Below, in pieces: positions 60,096 through 64,000 of a stretch of DNA of 64,000 nt. The notes under the pieces are model-generated. The model ran no database searches. It worked only from the letters and a program-made list of their open reading frames with translations, and had not been told where the DNA came from. Source of the stretch: an uncultured delta proteobacterium (lineage in GTDB: Bacteria > Myxococcota_A > Polyangia > Haliangiales > Haliangiaceae); assembly GCA_963848295.1 (NCBI GenBank), contig CAWKDB010000010.1:1024001-1088000 (forward strand). The letters run 5' to 3'. The translations under genes were made by a program, and so were the position numbers. The first letter of the stretch is position 1. Every line of letters begins with the position of its first letter.

Positions 60096-60620
60096 TCACT
60101 TGCCGGACTTCGTGTCTTTGTCGGCGCGCTTGAGCCGCACCGACGCCTTGACGTCGGGCTCGGCGCCGCCGAACCGCTCGCTGTTCGGGATGAACCGAAC
60201 CTCGGTCTTGATCTCGAACGACAGCGTGGTCAGCAGCTTCGCGATCTCTTCAGTCAGGTTGAGATTCGACAGGAACTCGCGAGTCTCGCGCGCGATCACC
60301 TCGAACACCTTGTCCTTCGCGCCGTCCGCCGACGACGCGAGGTAGCCAGCGACATCGGGCAACGAGACCTCGCGCGCCATCTTGCGCAGACCCTCTTCGG
60401 TCGAGAACACCGCGCCCATGCCGGCGGCGAACGTCTTCTTGACCAGCTCGGGCACGAGGTGCTCGAGCCGCGAGCGGATCGCGTCGGACAGCGTGTCTTT
60501 TTCTTCGCGATCGCCGCGCTCGGGGCGGTCGGGGCGCTCGCCTCGATCCGGACGGTCGGCGACCGGTACGATACGGATGTCGCGGTCGGCCTTGGCGCCA
60601 GCATCGTCGTCGGTGGCCAT
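60096..60620 (-). CDS. Conserved hypothetical protein (phasin-like helical core)
   Basis: PELVKK...AGMGAVFSTEEGLRK...LLTTLSFEIKTEVRFIP; divergent from the UbiB-family gene. Confidence 0.65.
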   Translation of the reverse strand: MATDDDAGAKADRDIRIVPVADRPDRGERPDRPERGDREEKDTLSDAIRSRLEHLVPELVKKTFAAGMGAVFSTEEGLRKMAREVSLPDVAGYLASSADGAKDKVFEVIARETREFLSNLNLTEEIAKLLTTLSFEIKTEVRFIPNSERFGGAEPDVKASVRLKRADKDTKSGK

Positions 60621-60663
60621 ACCAGTGTCGTACCACACGACCGCTCCTGGTAGAATTACCGCG

Positions 60664-62451
60664 ATGGTCGAGCCTGCGCGCACGCCTCAGCCGGCGCAGG
60701 ACCCCGGTCCGGGCGATTCGATCTTTGCGATCGCGCAGAACCGGCGCTATCGCGGGGAGCGCGAGTCGCGACCGGCGCCGATGCGAGTCCGGAGCTTGCG
60801 CGCCTACTGGACGACTTGGCTCGTGATCTGGAGCTACCTGTGGGTGCGGTTCCGCTCCCGGTTCCACTCCGAGACGTGGGTCGAGCACACGCTCCGCGCC
60901 GTTCACCTACGCAACGCGCGCCGCATCGAACGCACGATCATCGGGCTGCAGGGCCTGTTCATCAAGGTCGGCCAGCTGATCAGCATCATGACGAACTTCT
61001 TGCCCGAGGAGTTCCGCCGCGAGCTCGAAGGGCTACAAGACGCCGTTCCGCCGCGGCAGTACAAGGACATCGAGACGCGGATTCGCGAAGAGCTCGGCAG
61101 CTCGCCCGACGAGCTGTTTCAACACTTCGAGCGCCGGCCGATCGCATCGGCCTCGATCGGTCAGGTCCACATCGCCCGGATGAAGGACGGCGCGAAGGTC
61201 GCGGTCAAGGTCCAATACCCCGACATCGAGCAGATCGTCCGGCGCGACCTCAATACGCTGCGCCGGATCTTCGGCATCGTCGAGTGGTTCATCCCGTATC
61301 AAGGCCTCGACGAGCTGTATCGCGAGATTCGCTCGATCGTGATGGAGGAGCTCGACTATCGCGCCGAGGCCGACAACGCCGATCGGATCGCGGCGAACTT
61401 TGCGGGCCGCACCGACGTCGCGTTCCCCCGCGTCGTCCGCGAGCTGTCGACCCAGCGCGTGCTCGTCACGCACTTCGAGCTCGGCTGCAAGCTCACCGAT
61501 CGCAACGGGGTGCGTACGCTCGGGCTCGAGCGCGGCCACCTCGCCCGTCAGGTCGTCGAGATCTATTGCCAGCAGATCTTCACCGACGGCGTCTATCACG
61601 CCGATCCGCATCCTGGAAACCTGCTCGTGCGCACGAGCGAGGCCGGTGGGCCACCGACGATCGTGTTCTTGGACTTCGGTGCGGTCGCCGAGATCCCCTC
61701 CGGCGTACGGCAAGGCATCGTCGGGCTGATCCAAGGCGCGTTGCTGCGCGATACCCGCAAGATCGTCGGAGCGATGAAGCAGATGGGGTTCGTCGCACGC
61801 GGCGCGAACGAGCAGGTGTTCGAACAGGTCATCGAATACTTCCACGAGCGGTTCCAGGAGAACATCTCGCTCGACTCGCTGAACTTGAAGGACATCAAGT
61901 TCGATCCGCAGAAGGGGCTCGAGAGCGTCGCCGACCTCCGCCGCATGGACATCTCGCTGCGCGAGCTCAGCGAGAACTTCCACGTGCCGAAAGAGATCAT
62001 CGTCCTCGAGCGCACGCTGTTGCTCATCATGGGCCTGTGCACCGAGCTCGATCCGACGCTGAACCCGATGACCGTGATCCGGCCGTACCTCGAGCAGTTC
62101 GTGCTCGGCGAAGACGGCGACTGGTCGGAGCTGCTGGTCGAGACGAGCAAAGACGTCGTGATGTCGATCACCGCGCTGCCCGCGGAGATGCGCAAGTTGA
62201 TGCGCGCCGCGCATGCCGGCGAGATCCAGCTCAAGTTCCGCAACATCGAAGCGCCGGCCAAGCTGATGTACCGGCTCGGCCACCAGTTGATCTTTGCCGG
62301 CATCGGCATCGCCGGTGCGGCGTTCGCGGTGATCCTCGAGGGCCGCGGCGAGGATGCGCGCGCGATGTGGGGGTGGTGGACCGCGCGCGGTGCCGCCGTG
62401 TTGCTCGCGTGGAGCTGGTGGGCGTCGCGCAATCTGCTCGGCAAGCGCTAG
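60664..62451 (+). CDS. AarF/ABC1/UbiB family kinase-like protein
   Basis: GLFIKVGQ, LQD.VPP, IASASIGQVH.A, VAVKVQYP, HADPHPGN, LDFGAV. Confidence 0.93.
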   Translation: MVEPARTPQPAQDPGPGDSIFAIAQNRRYRGERESRPAPMRVRSLRAYWTTWLVIWSYLWVRFRSRFHSETWVEHTLRAVHLRNARRIERTIIGLQGLFIKVGQLISIMTNFLPEEFRRELEGLQDAVPPRQYKDIETRIREELGSSPDELFQHFERRPIASASIGQVHIARMKDGAKVAVKVQYPDIEQIVRRDLNTLRRIFGIVEWFIPYQGLDELYREIRSIVMEELDYRAEADNADRIAANFAGRTDVAFPRVVRELSTQRVLVTHFELGCKLTDRNGVRTLGLERGHLARQVVEIYCQQIFTDGVYHADPHPGNLLVRTSEAGGPPTIVFLDFGAVAEIPSGVRQGIVGLIQGALLRDTRKIVGAMKQMGFVARGANEQVFEQVIEYFHERFQENISLDSLNLKDIKFDPQKGLESVADLRRMDISLRELSENFHVPKEIIVLERTLLLIMGLCTELDPTLNPMTVIRPYLEQFVLGEDGDWSELLVETSKDVVMSITALPAEMRKLMRAAHAGEIQLKFRNIEAPAKLMYRLGHQLIFAGIGIAGAAFAVILEGRGEDARAMWGWWTARGAAVLLAWSWWASRNLLGKR

Positions 62452-62474
62452 ACCGTCAGGCCCCGAGCGCCTGG

Positions 62475-62894
62475 CTATTTGACGTCGAACGCGACCTTGC
62501 CGAGCGACGTGCCGTCGGCGGTCGTGACTTCGACTTCGTAGCTGCCCGCGGTCGGCAGCGCGCGGCGCGACATCGTCGACCAGGTCTTGCCGCCGATCGC
62601 GAGCGTCGCGGTCCACAGCTCCTTGCCGTCCTTCTTCCACACGTGCTTGATCGAGTCGCCGGCGTTGTTGACCTTCGACCAGACCCACACGGTCGTGCCC
62701 GGCGCGAAGCTCGACGCCTCGCCGACGATCTCGTGCTTCTCGACGCCGGTGCCGGCCTTGACCTCGGCAGAAGCACTCGCGTCGCCCTTTTCGGCCGGTG
62801 GCGGCGCGGGTTTGGCGTCGTCGGCGAGCGCCGAGCCCGCGAGCAGCGCCGTGCACAAACAACCGATGATCGAGATCGCTTTCGTCTTGCTCAT
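62475..62894 (-). CDS. DUF2914-domain secreted protein
   Basis: Signal peptide; GTGVEKHE..G....F...TVWVW..V...IKHVW...L.IGG..W.T.S. Confidence 0.75.
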   Translation of the reverse strand: MSKTKAISIIGCLCTALLAGSALADDAKPAPPPAEKGDASASAEVKAGTGVEKHEIVGEASSFAPGTTVWVWSKVNNAGDSIKHVWKKDGKELWTATLAIGGKTWSTMSRRALPTAGSYEVEVTTADGTSLGKVAFDVK

Positions 62895-62937
62895 GGTTCC
62901 TCCGCCGAGAGTAACGCGGAGGGCGCGCGGCTAATTG

Positions 62938-63960
62938 CTAATTGCTAAAGATCGCCGCCTGGTTCGCGATGATCTCGTCACACGTCGTGCCATCCGGAAC
63001 CCGCACCGATTGAAAGATCGAAGGATTATCCGGCTGCTGCGACACGACCGGGTTGAGCGCCTGGACCGCGTGGAGATCGGCGCCGATGCACATCGAGCCA
63101 TCGGTCTCGAGGCAGCCGAGCACGCCGGTGTCGAGCGAAGCGTCGACCGTGCCCTCGACGAGATCGCCGCTCCACACCTGACCGTGGAGCGAGAACGTCG
63201 TGCGCAACGTCGCGTACACTTGGTCGAGCTTCACCGCGGGCACGTTGTGCGCGATCAGCGTCGCGCCGGGGTTGCCATCGCCTTCCTGATCGCACGCGCA
63301 GTCCGTGCCGGTCGCGGTCGCACACGTCGCACCGGGGTCGCCGGCGCACGTCGTGAAGTTGCCGCTGCCGTCCGCCGCCGGGAGCGGCTCGGTCTGGATC
63401 ATCGTGGGATCGAGGCGAGCGCCGAGCACGAGCGTGATCGGATCGGTGTCGAGGTTCGCGCACGTCGCGTCGGCCGAGGACAGCGTCGCGCTCGCGGTGA
63501 CGACGCCGACCGACGTCAGCGTTGCATCGGGGACCTCGAACTGGATCGGCATGTCCTGGCCGGCGAGCGGCACGTCGGGGATGTGAATCGAGCACGCGGT
63601 CGCGGTGACCGAGACGGTCGTGCCGGTCTGGGTCAGGGCGAGCTCGAGTAGCAGCGTCGACGTCGTGTCGACCATGATCAGCCCGCCGGCGTCGACGTGA
63701 ACGTTGAGCGTGCCGAGCACCGCGGCGGTGCCGGTCAACGGCGTGAAGCTCGGCGGGGTCGGGACGCACACCGGGACGTAGTTCGGTGCGTCGACCTCGA
63801 CCTTCTTGCCGCCACCACACGCGACGAGCGCCGCGAGCGCGAGCGCCCCGGCGATCGAGCCAACCACTTCGAGGACGGAGCGGCGAGCAACGGAGCGTGG
63901 CGCGTCGGAGGTTTCGGTCATCGCGGGTTCCGACATCCCTAACACGCCGACCCTCGTCAT
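62938..63960 (-). CDS. Hypothetical lipoprotein (start uncertain)
   Basis: Lipobox LVAC; Cys pairs; DQEGDGNPGAT motif. Confidence 0.65.
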   Translation of the reverse strand: MTRVGVLGMSEPAMTETSDAPRSVARRSVLEVVGSIAGALALAALVACGGGKKVEVDAPNYVPVCVPTPPSFTPLTGTAAVLGTLNVHVDAGGLIMVDTTSTLLLELALTQTGTTVSVTATACSIHIPDVPLAGQDMPIQFEVPDATLTSVGVVTASATLSSADATCANLDTDPITLVLGARLDPTMIQTEPLPAADGSGNFTTCAGDPGATCATATGTDCACDQEGDGNPGATLIAHNVPAVKLDQVYATLRTTFSLHGQVWSGDLVEGTVDASLDTGVLGCLETDGSMCIGADLHAVQALNPVVSQQPDNPSIFQSVRVPDGTTCDEIIANQAAIFSN

Positions 63961-64000
63961 TTGCGGTTTTTTCGCGCCGGCGGCTCGAGTCGCGATTTGT

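Noticed and set aside
222..63942. Many long Arg/Ala/Pro-rich alternative-frame and antisense ORFs (e.g. 12402-14579, 29408-31375, 44533-46458, 53982-55952)
   Set aside because: Shadow ORFs expected at this GC content; they overlap genes with clear motifs and carry no recognisable motifs themselves.

Overview
A high-GC (roughly 70% by eye) bacterial chromosomal window. Its gene content points to Myxococcota, probably a Kofleriaceae/Haliangiales-like lineage (inference): three Hanks-type Ser/Thr kinases, many Cys-rich lipoproteins, an OmpA-TSP3 protein, DUF2914 and PHM-like monooxygenases. About 58 genes can be supported. Housekeeping genes include murJ, rsgA, an ABC-F ATPase, an HMG-CoA lyase/enoyl-CoA hydratase pair, gloB, dnaJ, ilvE and a UbiB/AarF kinase; there are also an ABC exporter, a two-component system and a RelE/ParE toxin-antitoxin pair. 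I saw no rRNA, tRNA, transposase, integrase or cas gene. The most unusual elements are: (1) a 4.8-kb minus-strand cluster encoding a predicted outer-membrane beta-barrel with its own CxxCH motif, a lipoprotein, two monoheme cytochrome lipoproteins and a di-heme CCP/MauG-family lipoprotein, with a shared upstream motif and several single-base indels; (2) a bacterial C3HC4 RING/TerD-like gene whose leader is a long hairpin with a tRNA T-loop-like motif; (3) two complete PHM-like copper monooxygenase lipoproteins flanking a Cys-rich lipoprotein; (4) a glnE relic lacking both catalytic cores; (5) a secreted selenoprotein-N-like protein opposite the two-component system; (6) widespread leaderless-type gene starts. 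Family names come from motif recognition only; no searches were run.
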